Part shown: in pieces, positions 18,142 to 28,199 of the stretch
Layout of the letters: each line of letters opens with the position of its first letter
How positions within the stretch are numbered: position 1 is the first letter of the stretch
Source: Acidimicrobiales bacterium
Lineage (GTDB): Bacteria > Actinomycetota > Acidimicrobiia > Acidimicrobiales > SZUA-35
Reading direction: 5' to 3'
DNA length: 64,000 nucleotides
Assembly (NCBI GenBank): GCA_020629695.1
Contig: JAHDCV010000006.1
Span: 23,003 to 87,002, forward strand
Made by a program: the position numbers and the translations under genes
Notes under the pieces: model-generated
Database searches by the model: none
Seen by the model: only the letters and a program-made list of their open reading frames with translations
Told to the model about the DNA's origin: nothing

Positions 18142-18886
18142 GGGATGCTCCATCGGCCGATTCGCGTCGGCCATCAGGCGACGGTGACCATGCACCGTCG
18201 GTCGTGAGATCGGGTCGAGGCAAGTCGACGGCCGCGCTGAGGCGTTCGACGTAGTCCCCACGAGGCAGGTCGATCACGCCCAGCGAGGCGAGGTGATCCG
18301 TTCGCCACTGGACGTCGAGGAGCCGGCGCGAGCTCTCGCCGGCGCTGCGAAGTCGGTCGATGAGGGCGACGAGTGCGACCTTCGACGCGTCGGTGGCGTG
18401 GTGGAACATCGATTCGCCGGCGAAGAGTCCGCCGATCGCGACGCCGTACAGGCCTCCGACGAGGTCGTCGTCACGCCAGACCTCGACCGAGTGTGCCCAA
18501 CCGAGGTGATGGAGCTCCGTGTAGGCCCGCTCGATCCGACCGTCGATCCATCGACCGTGTCGACGGGGGTCCGCGCAGGCTCGCAGGACCTGATCGAAGG
18601 CGTGATCCACCGTGACCACGTAGCGCCGGCACGATCGACGGAGCGACCGGGACGGCTCGAACGTGTCGATGGGCAGCACCCCACGTGGATCCGGATGCCA
18701 CCAACCGATCGCCCGCCGATCGGCCGGCATCGGGAAGTAGCCATGCCGATACGCCTCGACGAGGGTCGCTGGCTCGAGGTCCGCCCCGATCGTGACGAAG
18801 TCCTCGCCCGGGGCGAGGGTCGAAGCGTCGGGGAACCGCCACTCGGACGGTCCGAGCTCGACGGGCTCAGTAGTCGTAGAAGCCAC
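18134..18886 (-). CDS. aat: Leucyl/phenylalanyl-tRNA--protein transferase
   Basis: GADLEPATLVEAYRHGYFP, WWHPDPRGVL, AHSVEVW, GGLYGV, FAGESMFH, DASKVAL. Start uncertain (GTG 18886 overlaps the upstream gene). Confidence 0.88.
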   Translation of the reverse strand: MASTTTEPVELGPSEWRFPDASTLAPGEDFVTIGADLEPATLVEAYRHGYFPMPADRRAIGWWHPDPRGVLPIDTFEPSRSLRRSCRRYVVTVDHAFDQVLRACADPRRHGRWIDGRIERAYTELHHLGWAHSVEVWRDDDLVGGLYGVAIGGLFAGESMFHHATDASKVALVALIDRLRSAGESSRRLLDVQWRTDHLASLGVIDLPRGDYVERLSAAVDLPRPDLTTDGAWSPSPDGRRESADGASHV

Positions 18887-19709
18887 GCTTCGACTTCCGG
18901 CCGAGGTGGCCGGCCGAGACCATACGACGCAGGCGAGGAGCGGGAGCGAAGTTCGGATCGGCGAACTCGGCATGGAGCGCGTCGAGAATCGCCACCGAGG
19001 TGTCGAGCCCGACGAGGTCGAGCAGCGCGAGGGGGCCCATCGGGAAGTTGCAGCCGCCCTGCATCGCGACGTCGATGTCCTCGGCCGACGCCGTTCCCCG
19101 CTCGAGCAGCTTGACGGCGTTGTTGAGATACGGGAAGAGCAGTGCGTTGACGATGAAGCCCGCCCGGTCGGTCACCTCGACGGTCTGTTTGCCACATGCC
19201 CGGGCGAACTCGGTGGCGAGGCGCACGGTCTCCTCCGAGGCCGTGCGGGGACGGATGATCTCGACGAGCGACATCATCGGTGCGGGGTTGAAGAAGTGGA
19301 TGCCGCAGACCTGCTCGGGGTGGCCGCTCGCGATGGCCATCTCCACGACCGGCAGGGTCGAGGTGTTGGTCGCGAGGATGGCGTCGGGTGCGATCCTGCC
19401 GAGCTCCGCGAACAGGTCGCGCTTCACGTCGAGGTTCTCGACGACGGACTCGATGATCAGATCACAGTCGGCGAGACCGTCCAGATCCACACAGCAGGTG
19501 AGGCGTGCGAGCGCGTCGTCGCGGTCGGCCTGGGTCATGCGCTCCTTCGCAACGGCGCGATCGAAGGACTTGGTCACGGCAGCAACTGAGGCCTCGCCGC
19601 TCGCTGCGCTGCGGGAGCGCAGCACGGTCTCGAAACCCGCCTTGGCGACGACCTCCGCGAGGCCGCTGCCCATGATCCCGGAGCCGATGATGCCGACGGT
19701 CTTCGTCAT
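18867..19709 (-). CDS. hbd: 3-hydroxybutyryl-CoA dehydrogenase
   Basis: GSGIMGSG Rossmann motif, ESVVE, TNTS, GIHFFNP, PMGPL, GRKSKRGFYDY. Confidence 0.92.
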   Translation of the reverse strand: MTKTVGIIGSGIMGSGLAEVVAKAGFETVLRSRSAASGEASVAAVTKSFDRAVAKERMTQADRDDALARLTCCVDLDGLADCDLIIESVVENLDVKRDLFAELGRIAPDAILATNTSTLPVVEMAIASGHPEQVCGIHFFNPAPMMSLVEIIRPRTASEETVRLATEFARACGKQTVEVTDRAGFIVNALLFPYLNNAVKLLERGTASAEDIDVAMQGGCNFPMGPLALLDLVGLDTSVAILDALHAEFADPNFAPAPRLRRMVSAGHLGRKSKRGFYDY

Positions 19710-19756
19710 GGCCGCGAAGCGTACGGGAGTGAGCGCGTGCGAGTAAAAAGAAGCAG

Positions 19757-20206
19757 ATGAGCGGATCGACCCCCCGGCTGCGAACGGCGGCCCTCCTCAC
19801 CGATGCCCTCGACGAGTCCGAGGGGCCGAACGTCGTCGTCCGGAGCCGGTTCCACACCCTCCGCGGCGACCTCGATCGGGAGATCGACGGAGCGCTGTTC
19901 GGCTGCTGGCTCTGGAAGCTCGGCGTCGACCCGGCCGAGGTGTTGCGAGCGGTCGCGGCCCGGCTCGTGCCGGGTGCCCGGGTGCGGTTCTGTGAACCGT
20001 CGCCCGGACCGTCGGTCGTGCCTGCGCTCGGTGCGGCGCTCACCGGGTACCGGTTCGATCGGGACATCCCGGCACTGATCCGCGAGAGCGGGTTGATCGT
20101 CACCACGATCGAGCGCTTCGCGATCGCACCCGGTGCGTGGTTCTGTGCCGGTATCGCCGAGTTCGATCCCCTCGAGCTCGCGAACCAGGATCTCAGGACT
20201 CGGTGA
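19757..20206 (+). CDS. Hypothetical protein resembling the C-terminal half of a SAM methyltransferase
   Basis: 'DPAEVLRAVAARLVPGARVRFCEP' and 'RFDRDIPALIRESG' resemble type-11 methyltransferases; no GxG motif I. Confidence 0.55.
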   Translation: MSGSTPRLRTAALLTDALDESEGPNVVVRSRFHTLRGDLDREIDGALFGCWLWKLGVDPAEVLRAVAARLVPGARVRFCEPSPGPSVVPALGAALTGYRFDRDIPALIRESGLIVTTIERFAIAPGAWFCAGIAEFDPLELANQDLRTR

Positions 20207-21071
20207 TCGTCACCGACTCGATGATGACGGCCTCCATCGGTGTGCCATCGCTGCTGCCGACGGCCTCGATGCCCTTCACGACGTCGTCGTAGCCGGCGGT
20301 CACCGTGCCGAACAACGAGTAGGCGGGCTGGAGCTGCGCCCCGTCGTCGCCGGTGATGATGAAGAACTGGCTGCCGTTCGAGTCGGGACCGGAGTTGGCC
20401 ATCGCGACCGAGCCGAGGTCGTACTGGCCGGCTTCGGGGAGTTCGTCGCCGAACCGGTAACCCGGGCCGCCACGACCGAGGCCCGCACCGGCGCCGTCGC
20501 CGATGGCATCGCCGCCCTGGACGACGAAGCCCGGGATGATCCGGTGGAACGGCACCCCTTCGTAGTAGCGGTACCGGGCGAGCACCACGAAGTTGTTCAC
20601 CGTGTTCGGGGCCTGCTCGGCGTCGAGCGCGATGGTGAACTCACCGGCGGTGGTGCTGACCACGGCCGTGTACGTCGTCGTCGGATCGATGCACATGGGC
20701 GGGGCCGACTCGAATGCCGTGATGCGCTCGGTCTCGCCCTCGGCCGCGGGGCACGGCGTGACTCCGGTGATCGCGCCTCCGGCCTCGGGCGGGGCGAGCA
20801 CGGGGGGTGCGTCGGGTGCGGCCTCGGCCTCGGCCGCGGTCGTGGTGCTGGTCTCGACGACGGTGGTGGAGGTCGGCTCGGACGGCGCGGCGGCCTCGTC
20901 GTCGTCGCCACCCGAGAGTGAGATCAGGTACGCGCCGACGAGGACGACCGCGGCGAGTGCCACGAAGAAGATGATCCGCTGGTTCCGGTCCGCCTTGCGC
21001 TCCGCCGCCTCGGCCGCTTCCTTCGCTGCCGCACGGTTGGCCTTCTGTCGAGCTCGTTTGTCAGTTGCCAC
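20193..21071 (-). CDS. Membrane-anchored cyclophilin-type peptidyl-prolyl isomerase
   Basis: APNTVNNFV, FHRIIPGFVVQGGD, GGPGY, AMANSGPDSNGSQFFI; basic N-terminus plus TM. Confidence 0.92.
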   Translation of the reverse strand: MATDKRARQKANRAAAKEAAEAAERKADRNQRIIFFVALAAVVLVGAYLISLSGGDDDEAAAPSEPTSTTVVETSTTTAAEAEAAPDAPPVLAPPEAGGAITGVTPCPAAEGETERITAFESAPPMCIDPTTTYTAVVSTTAGEFTIALDAEQAPNTVNNFVVLARYRYYEGVPFHRIIPGFVVQGGDAIGDGAGAGLGRGGPGYRFGDELPEAGQYDLGSVAMANSGPDSNGSQFFIITGDDGAQLQPAYSLFGTVTAGYDDVVKGIEAVGSSDGTPMEAVIIESVTITES

Positions 21072-21165
21072 GGCCGCTGAAACTACCAACGGCGATGCGT
21101 CGGACGGCATCACCGGGGGTGTGAAACCCCATGGACGAGCGGCTCGGCATCGGTAGCGTGAGGCC

Positions 21166-22398
21166 GTGGCACTCATCGTCCAGAAATTCGGTGGCACCTC
21201 CGTGGCCGACGCCGACCGCATGCGCGCCGTCGCCGACCACGTCGCACGGTGCCGACGTCGTGGAGATCAGATCGTCCTGGTCGTGTCGGCGATGGGCAAG
21301 GAGACCGACGAGCTGCTCCGCCTCGCGAACGAGGTCGCCGACGAGCGCCCCGGCCGTGAGATGGACATGCTCATCACGGCGGGCGAACGCAAGGCGATCG
21401 CCCTCATGTGCATGGCGATCGCCGATCAGGGCATCGAGGCCCACTCCTTCACCGGTTCGCAGGCCGGCTTCCTCACCGACACCAACCATCGCAACGCGAA
21501 GATCCTGCAGCTGAGGCCCGATCGGATCCGGGCCGCGCTCGACGCCGGCATCGTTCCGGTCGTCGCGGGCTCGCAGGGTGTGTCCACCGACAAGGAGATC
21601 ACATTCCTCGGTCGCGGCGGCTCCGACACCACGGCCGTGGCGCTCGCGCAGGCGCTCGATGCCGATCTGTGTGAGTTGTACACCGACGTCACCGGCGTGT
21701 TCTCGGCCGATCCTCGCATCGTCTCGGCGGCCCGCAGGATCGATCGGATCAGCTTCGACGAGCTCCTCGAGATGACGGCGACGGGTTGTCCCAAGCCCGC
21801 CATGCGGTCGGTCGAAGTCGCACACAATCACCAGGTCCCCCTCCACATCCGCTCGGCGTTCACCTGGGAGCCGGGCACCCTCGTCGTCCAGGAGACGAAC
21901 ACCATGGAACAGCCGATCATCCGCGCCGTCACCCATGACGACTCCGAGTCGAAGGTGACCGTGACCCGTGTCGCCGATCGCCCCGGTGTGTCGGCCACGA
22001 TGTTCCGGGCGCTCGCCGACGCCGGCGTCAACGTCGACATGATCGTGCAGAACGTCTCGGAGGAGGGGCAGACCGACATCTCGTTCACCTGTCCGTCCGA
22101 GGATCTCGATGCGGCGTGCGCCGTGTTGGAAGGTGGGCTGCTGGATGCCGTCGGTGGGGCGGGACTGGTGACCGACCCGACGATCGGCAAGGTCTCGGTG
22201 GTCGGCGCGGGCATGAAGTCGAACCCCGGAGTGGCTGCGACGATGTTCGAGACGCTCGCCGAGAACGACATCAACATCGAGATGATCTCGACGAGTGCGA
22301 TCCGGATCAGCTGCGTGATCGACGCGGCGGAGCTCGAGCGTGCGGTCCAGCTCCTCCACAGCGCCTTCGGTCTCGATGGTGCGGCGCCGGTCGGCTGA
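21166..22398 (+). CDS. ask: Aspartate kinase
   Basis: QKFGGTSV, VVSAMG, GRGGSDTTA, TDVTGV; internal MEQPII beta-subunit start at about 21904; ACT domains. Confidence 0.96.
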   Translation: MALIVQKFGGTSVADADRMRAVADHVARCRRRGDQIVLVVSAMGKETDELLRLANEVADERPGREMDMLITAGERKAIALMCMAIADQGIEAHSFTGSQAGFLTDTNHRNAKILQLRPDRIRAALDAGIVPVVAGSQGVSTDKEITFLGRGGSDTTAVALAQALDADLCELYTDVTGVFSADPRIVSAARRIDRISFDELLEMTATGCPKPAMRSVEVAHNHQVPLHIRSAFTWEPGTLVVQETNTMEQPIIRAVTHDDSESKVTVTRVADRPGVSATMFRALADAGVNVDMIVQNVSEEGQTDISFTCPSEDLDAACAVLEGGLLDAVGGAGLVTDPTIGKVSVVGAGMKSNPGVAATMFETLAENDINIEMISTSAIRISCVIDAAELERAVQLLHSAFGLDGAAPVG

Positions 22399-22431
22399 CG
22401 GTTCGCGAAACTCGATGGCCGGTGTGCGTGA

Positions 22432-23463
<1,032 letters not shown>

Positions 23464-23469
23464 CGCCGC

Positions 23470-23721
23470 TCAGGGCGGGTCGGTCACGTAGCGCTGCGCG
23501 GCGTCGTCGAGCGAGAGGTCGAGCTGGTTCGCCAGCGACGACAGCCAGGCGAGCACGTCGCCGAGCTCATGGAGCTGCTGCTCCCTCGTGCCCTTGCGGG
23601 TGGCCTGGGCCAGTTCACCGAGCTCCTCACAGAGCCAGGCCACGGTCGAGGGGATACCCCGAGCGCGATCGGCCTCGCCATAGAGGTCTTCCATGAGCTG
23701 CTGGAACGCCGTGATCTCCAC
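23470..23721 (-). CDS. MazG-like nucleotide pyrophosphohydrolase
   Basis: WLCEELGELA...HELGDVLAWL, single MazG domain. Confidence 0.85.
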   Translation of the reverse strand: MEITAFQQLMEDLYGEADRARGIPSTVAWLCEELGELAQATRKGTREQQLHELGDVLAWLSSLANQLDLSLDDAAQRYVTDPP

Positions 23722-23744
23722 GGCGCCGAGTCTGGCAGGTGCGC

Positions 23745-24650
23745 TCAGGCGGCGGGGCGTCGGAGTCGCTCCGCGAGCGCGGCCTCGCGTGCGCCGTCGG
23801 CCATGAGCCAGCCGATCGTGCGGGTGAGCACGGTTGCGGCGGGCCGAACGGCCAGCGGATCGATGAGCGGCGGAACGGGCAGACCGAGCTTGGCCCGTGC
23901 GGACGACGGCAGCAGACCGATCGAGGCGGCGGTGAGCAGTGCGTACGGCCCGCGCAGAGCGAGCGGTACACCGGGCGGTGCGACGAGGAATCGCACGGCC
24001 TCGCGGGCCTGCGCCCCGACGGAGAGCTCGGGTCGGAACTCCCGAAGCTGCTGTTCCAACTCGGCCACCGAGCGGGGCATGGGCTCCGAACCCATCAGCT
24101 CGGCGATCCGGGAGACCTCCGACACGTAGATGTCGGCTTCGGCGTCGGTGAGCTTGCCGGCGCCGTAGGCCCGATAGGCGCCGAGGAAGCTGTCGATCTC
24201 GGTGACGGCCACCCAGCGGAGCAGATGCGGGTCGTTGGCGGCGTACGGGCGTCCATCGGGTGCCGTGCCGACGACCCGCTCGTGCACACGGCGGACGAGA
24301 TCGATCTGCTGGTGTGCCGCAGCGGTCGAGCCGAACGTGGTGGCGCCGATGAACTTCCCGGTCCGGTGGAGCCGGCCCCAGGGGTCGTGTCGATAGTCCG
24401 AGTGATCCGAGACGCCGGCCATCGCCAACGGGTGCAGGGTCTGGATGAACAGGGTCCGGAGGCCGCCGATCAACATCGACGAGTCGCCGTGCACCCGCCA
24501 GATCACACTCCCCGGACCGAACAGGCCGGGGTCGTCGGCCGAGGCCATCTCGTCAGCCGTCAACCCCTCGTCACCGGCGAGGGCGGTTCGCAGCGCCCCG
24601 CCGCCCAGGGCGCGGACCCGGTGGATGAGTTGGTCGATCATGCCGAGCAT
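23745..24650 (-). CDS. Oxygenase MpaB (DUF2236) family protein
   Basis: DPGLFGPGSVIWRVHGD, LHPLAMAGVSDHS, RLHRT, VRRVHERV, YAANDPHLLRWV. Start 24650 or 24641. Confidence 0.88.
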   Translation of the reverse strand: MLGMIDQLIHRVRALGGGALRTALAGDEGLTADEMASADDPGLFGPGSVIWRVHGDSSMLIGGLRTLFIQTLHPLAMAGVSDHSDYRHDPWGRLHRTGKFIGATTFGSTAAAHQQIDLVRRVHERVVGTAPDGRPYAANDPHLLRWVAVTEIDSFLGAYRAYGAGKLTDAEADIYVSEVSRIAELMGSEPMPRSVAELEQQLREFRPELSVGAQAREAVRFLVAPPGVPLALRGPYALLTAASIGLLPSSARAKLGLPVPPLIDPLAVRPAATVLTRTIGWLMADGAREAALAERLRRPAA

Positions 24651-24758
24651 GCCGCGGTGGTCATGAGCTCACGGTAGGCACACCCGCGGCCCCGGGACGG
24701 ATCGGCCCGCTGGGCAATCCGTTCGCCGAGTCGTGCGGAACCGGTCACGATGTCATGC

Positions 24759-25085
24759 ATGGAACTCGCTCCGCTGTTCGAGCCGCCCTACGTGGCGGTG
24801 ATCTTCTCATCGGTCCGGACCTCCGACGCGCTGAACACCGGATACGGGGAGATGGCGGCGCGGATGCTCGAGCTCGCCGCCCGACAGCCCGGGTATCTCG
24901 GCGTCGAGTCGGCACCGGGGATCACGATCTCGTACTGGCGCGATGCTGCATCGGCCACGGCATGGCGTGCGGTCGCGGAGCATCGGGAGGCGCAGCGACT
25001 GGGGCGCACCGAGTGGTACTCCGCCTATCGCCTGCGCATCGCGACGGTCGATCGAGAGGTCGGGCACGACGTCGGCGACGGCTGA
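24759..25085 (+). CDS. Antibiotic biosynthesis monooxygenase (ABM) family protein
   Basis: PPYVAVIFSS, QPGYLGVES, ITISYW, EHREAQRLGR..WY. Confidence 0.85.
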   Translation: MELAPLFEPPYVAVIFSSVRTSDALNTGYGEMAARMLELAARQPGYLGVESAPGITISYWRDAASATAWRAVAEHREAQRLGRTEWYSAYRLRIATVDREVGHDVGDG

Positions 25086-25106
25086 CCGACGCTGACGGAG
25101 AAGCGA

Positions 25107-25136
25107 ATCGGGCCCCCGCCGAAGCGGAGGCCCGAT
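25107..25136. terminator. Hairpin between the convergent ABM gene and tRNA-Pro
   Basis: ATCGGGCC-CCCGC-CGAA-GCGGA-GGCCCGAT inverted repeat. Confidence 0.6.
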
Positions 25137-25142
25137 GCAACG

Positions 25143-25219
25143 TGGTCGGGTTGGGGAGATTTGAACTCCCGACCTCCTCGTCCCGAACGAGGCGCGCTGC
25201 CAAGCTGCGCCACAACCCG
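25143..25219 (-). tRNA. tRNA-Pro (anticodon CGG)
   Basis: Reverse complement CGGGTTGTGGCGCAGCTTGGCAGCGCG-CCTCG-TTCGGGA-CGAGG-AGGTC-GGGAG-TTCAAAT-CTCCC-CAACCCG-ACCA gives a full cloverleaf with encoded CCA. Confidence 0.96.
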
Positions 25220-25280
25220 TGTTGTGTAGCCAACGAGCGTAGCGGCCTCTCCAGACCTCGACTCGTGGCTTTTCCGATTC

Positions 25281-25682
25281 TCAGCCGGTGGCGGTCGGTG
25301 CTTCCTGGAGCTGTCCACCGCCGAGCAGCGTGGTGGTGAGCCGACTCAGCCGCAGTGAGTCGAGCGGCTTGATCAGCCAGCCGTCGGCGCCGGCCTGCTG
25401 TCCGAGAATGGTGTCGGCGGAGCGGTCCATCAACAATGCGATCGGACGTCGGGCGAGGCGCCCGGCGCCCTCTTCCTGGCGCAGCGCCAGACAGGCGGCC
25501 ACGCCGCCCATGTTGCCGATCTGCAGGTCGAGGATCACGAGATCGGGATCGATCGTCTGCACGACCTCGAGGACGTCGGCGCCTTTTCGGACCCGGAGTA
25601 CCTCGATGCCGTCGCCGGCGATCGCGGCGTCGACGTCGTCGAAGACATGGTCGGCATCGGTGGCGAGGAGCACGGTGGTCAC
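25281..25682 (-). CDS. Single-domain response regulator (receiver only)
   Basis: VLLATDAD, PDLVILDLQIGNMGG (phospho-Asp), AGADGWLIKP; TAGCCT -10-like hexamer 7 nt before GTG. Confidence 0.85.
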   Translation of the reverse strand: MTTVLLATDADHVFDDVDAAIAGDGIEVLRVRKGADVLEVVQTIDPDLVILDLQIGNMGGVAACLALRQEEGAGRLARRPIALLMDRSADTILGQQAGADGWLIKPLDSLRLSRLTTTLLGGGQLQEAPTATG

Positions 25683-25781
25683 GCCGCGAAGGCTAGCGCT
25701 CCGGCTCGTGACGCAACGGGGTCGCCGCCGACCGCTACCATCTGCCCACCAGCGCAGCCGCCGGACCGGGAGGGAGTGGTC

Positions 25782-26132
25782 GTGCTCGACGTGACCATCG
25801 AAGAAGTGCCCGAAGGTGACTACACACTCTGTCGCCCGTCGGGTGAACTCGACGCCTACACGGTGGGCGGATTCCGGGAAGCGTTGGCGAAGCTCGCCGA
25901 CGTGCCGCGGGTCATCATCGACCTCTCGGACGTGCCGTTCATGGACTCCGCCGGTCTCGGTGCCCTGATCGGCGGTATCCGCCGTGCCAGGGAAGCCGAC
26001 GGTGCCGTCGTGGTGCTCTGCAATCGCCCGACACTGACGCGGCTGCTGCACACCACGGGGTTCGACCGGATCGTGCCGGTCACCGAGCATCTGGACGACG
26101 CGGTCGCCGCCCTGGACGAACCCGTCTCCTGA
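25782..26132 (+). CDS. STAS-domain anti-sigma factor antagonist (BldG/RsbV-like)
   Basis: GELDAYT, IIDLSDVPFMDSAGLGAL (phosphorylatable Ser), LLHTTG; GGGAG RBS. Confidence 0.9.
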   Translation: MLDVTIEEVPEGDYTLCRPSGELDAYTVGGFREALAKLADVPRVIIDLSDVPFMDSAGLGALIGGIRRAREADGAVVVLCNRPTLTRLLHTTGFDRIVPVTEHLDDAVAALDEPVS

Positions 26133-26149
26133 GGCGGCGTCGTGACGCT

Positions 26150-27205
26150 TCAGCCCAGCTGATCCGCCACGAGCATCATCCCGGTCAGATCCGCGACCGG
26201 CGCATCGAGTTCGGCGACGCTCCTGAGATCACCGACACCGAGCTGTGCGACCATCTCCGCGACCACGCGGGCCTCGGCCTCGGCGAGCACCCGGAGTTCC
26301 CGCCAGGCATCGTCGACCACGCTCGGGAGCGCCCCGGTGGCGTCGATCGCCGACAGGTCGGGGAGCGTGAGCCGATTCATCACGAGGGTCGATGGTCGCA
26401 AGCCGCGCCGTTCGAGGTTGCCGGCGATCCAGCCGAGCTCGGCCATCGCCGCCCGTCGGGCTGAGCCGACCAGGAGGAATGCCGTCGCCGGTGACGCGAG
26501 GAGTTGCTCGACCTCCTTCGCACGATCGCGGAATCCGGTGTCCATGCCCTCGAACGCGGCGAAGAAGCCGACCGCATCGTCGACGAGGTCCGCCCCCACC
26601 ACCCGGGCGATCGTGCGAACCACGAGCTGTGCGGTCGCGTTGACCGCACGGAGCACGCCGCGCCGCGGGGCGAGCACGGACCGGTAGATCCGATGGTCGA
26701 CGAAGCGGGCGAGCCGGCCCGGTCCGTCGAGGAAGTCGAAGGCATGCCGACTCGGCGGCGTGTCGATGATCACGAGGTCGAATCGTGGGTCGGCGTGGAG
26801 TTCCCGCAAGCGCTCGGAGGCCATGTACTCCGACACCCCGGACAGCCCAGCCGTGAGATTCTGGTAGATGCGGTTGGCCAGAATTCGTTCGACCTGTTCG
26901 TCGGAACCGGCGTGGGCCCGGATCACGTCGTCGAAGGTCGCCGCCGGGTCGAGCATGGCGACGTGGAGCGAACCCTCGGCGTCGACGGCCGTGAGATCGA
27001 CCGCCCGGGCGGTGTCGGCGGCGCCGTCGAGCCCGAGTGCGTCGAGGAGGCGCCGGGCCGGGTCGATCGTCAGGACCACGACGTGTCGTCCACGGCGTGC
27101 CTCGGCGACCCCCAGTGCCGCGGCGGTCGTGGTCTTGCCCACCCCGCCGGGGCCGAGGCACACGACGACCTCGATCCCGGCGGCGAGCGGCGGTCCGGAA
27201 CTCAT
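26150..27205 (-). CDS. ArsA/GET3-family ATPase (Rv3680/BagB-like)
   Basis: CLGPGGVGKTT, VLTIDPARRL, EYMASERL, IDTPPSRHAFDFLDGP. Confidence 0.88.
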   Translation of the reverse strand: MSSGPPLAAGIEVVVCLGPGGVGKTTTAAALGVAEARRGRHVVVLTIDPARRLLDALGLDGAADTARAVDLTAVDAEGSLHVAMLDPAATFDDVIRAHAGSDEQVERILANRIYQNLTAGLSGVSEYMASERLRELHADPRFDLVIIDTPPSRHAFDFLDGPGRLARFVDHRIYRSVLAPRRGVLRAVNATAQLVVRTIARVVGADLVDDAVGFFAAFEGMDTGFRDRAKEVEQLLASPATAFLLVGSARRAAMAELGWIAGNLERRGLRPSTLVMNRLTLPDLSAIDATGALPSVVDDAWRELRVLAEAEARVVAEMVAQLGVGDLRSVAELDAPVADLTGMMLVADQLG

Positions 27206-28137
27206 GCCGCAGGTCCGCCCAGTCCGTGGGCGAGTTGCTCGCCGAGAGCCCGGCGGTCGGCGGCGTCCAACATCACCGTCGACCGCCGCGACAACTCGAC
27301 GATCGGGAGTCCGGTCTCGCCCGACAGGCGCTGGATCTGGGCCCGCTGCTCGTGGCTGCGTTCGAGGTGGGCCGCGACGGCGCCGACGCGAGCGTCGGTG
27401 TGATCGGCGCGCGCGAGGGCCTCGGCAAGTCCGTCCGGAGGGCGGACCACCGCGTTCACGACGATCGGCCCGAGCGCGACACCGACGTCGTCGTCGAGTG
27501 CGAACGCCGTCTCGATGGTCTCGTTCACCGGCGTCTCCTCGGGCAGCGTCACCAGCATCACGCGGATCGACGACGGGTCGGCGAGGAACTCGAGCGCGGC
27601 GTCCGCCTGCTGGCGTACGGGTCCCGACGCGGCCGTCGCCGCGAGGTGGGCCGGTGCGTTGAGGAATGAGCGAGCGTGGCCTGAAGCGGGGGCGTCGACC
27701 ACGATCAGATCCGCGACACCCTCGTCTGCCAGGGATCGCACCTTGCCGAGGGCCAGAAGGTCGCGGATGCCGGGAGCGGCCGTCGTGATCACCTCGATCG
27801 CCCCCGTGGTGAGGAGCCGCCCGGCGGTGGCCAGCAGGCCGTGTCCGCCGAGGTAGTCGAGGAGTGCGTCGTCGGGGGCGAGGTGTCGTCCGTCGATGTG
27901 GCCGGGTCGATCAGCGGCGTCCGGGTCGAGCGGGAGTGCCGTCGATTCGTACACGAGCGTCTCGACACCGAAGGTCCGACCGGCATCCGAGTGACCCTCG
28001 AGTTCGAGAAGGAGCACGTTCCGGCCCGCCCGAGCTGCCGCGTCGGCGAGGGCCACGCCTACCGTGGTCTTGCCAACGCCCCCCTTCCCGGCAACGAGTA
28101 CGACCCGAGATGCATCGCAGAATTCGACGAACGTCAC
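27202..28137 (-). CDS. ArsA/GET3-family ATPase (Rv3679/BagA-like)
   Basis: GKGGVGKTT, TAAPGIRDLLALGKV, VDAPASGH, VTLPEETPVNET; ATGA overlap with its partner. Confidence 0.88.
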   Translation of the reverse strand: MTFVEFCDASRVVLVAGKGGVGKTTVGVALADAAARAGRNVLLLELEGHSDAGRTFGVETLVYESTALPLDPDAADRPGHIDGRHLAPDDALLDYLGGHGLLATAGRLLTTGAIEVITTAAPGIRDLLALGKVRSLADEGVADLIVVDAPASGHARSFLNAPAHLAATAASGPVRQQADAALEFLADPSSIRVMLVTLPEETPVNETIETAFALDDDVGVALGPIVVNAVVRPPDGLAEALARADHTDARVGAVAAHLERSHEQRAQIQRLSGETGLPIVELSRRSTVMLDAADRRALGEQLAHGLGGPAA

Positions 28138-28199
28138 AACTCAGCCCTCTCCGCCATCGTTCGGCTCGCCGCCGCCGGTCGCTCACGAGGCTAGCTCTG

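Noticed and set aside
25086-25280. tRNA-Pro as an integration site
   Set aside because: No integrase, no duplicated tRNA 3' end and no compositional shift seen. The same holds for selC.
26150-28137. Arsenic resistance operon
   Set aside because: No arsR/B/C/D and no metal-binding Cys set; the pair matches the GET3-like actinobacterial type.
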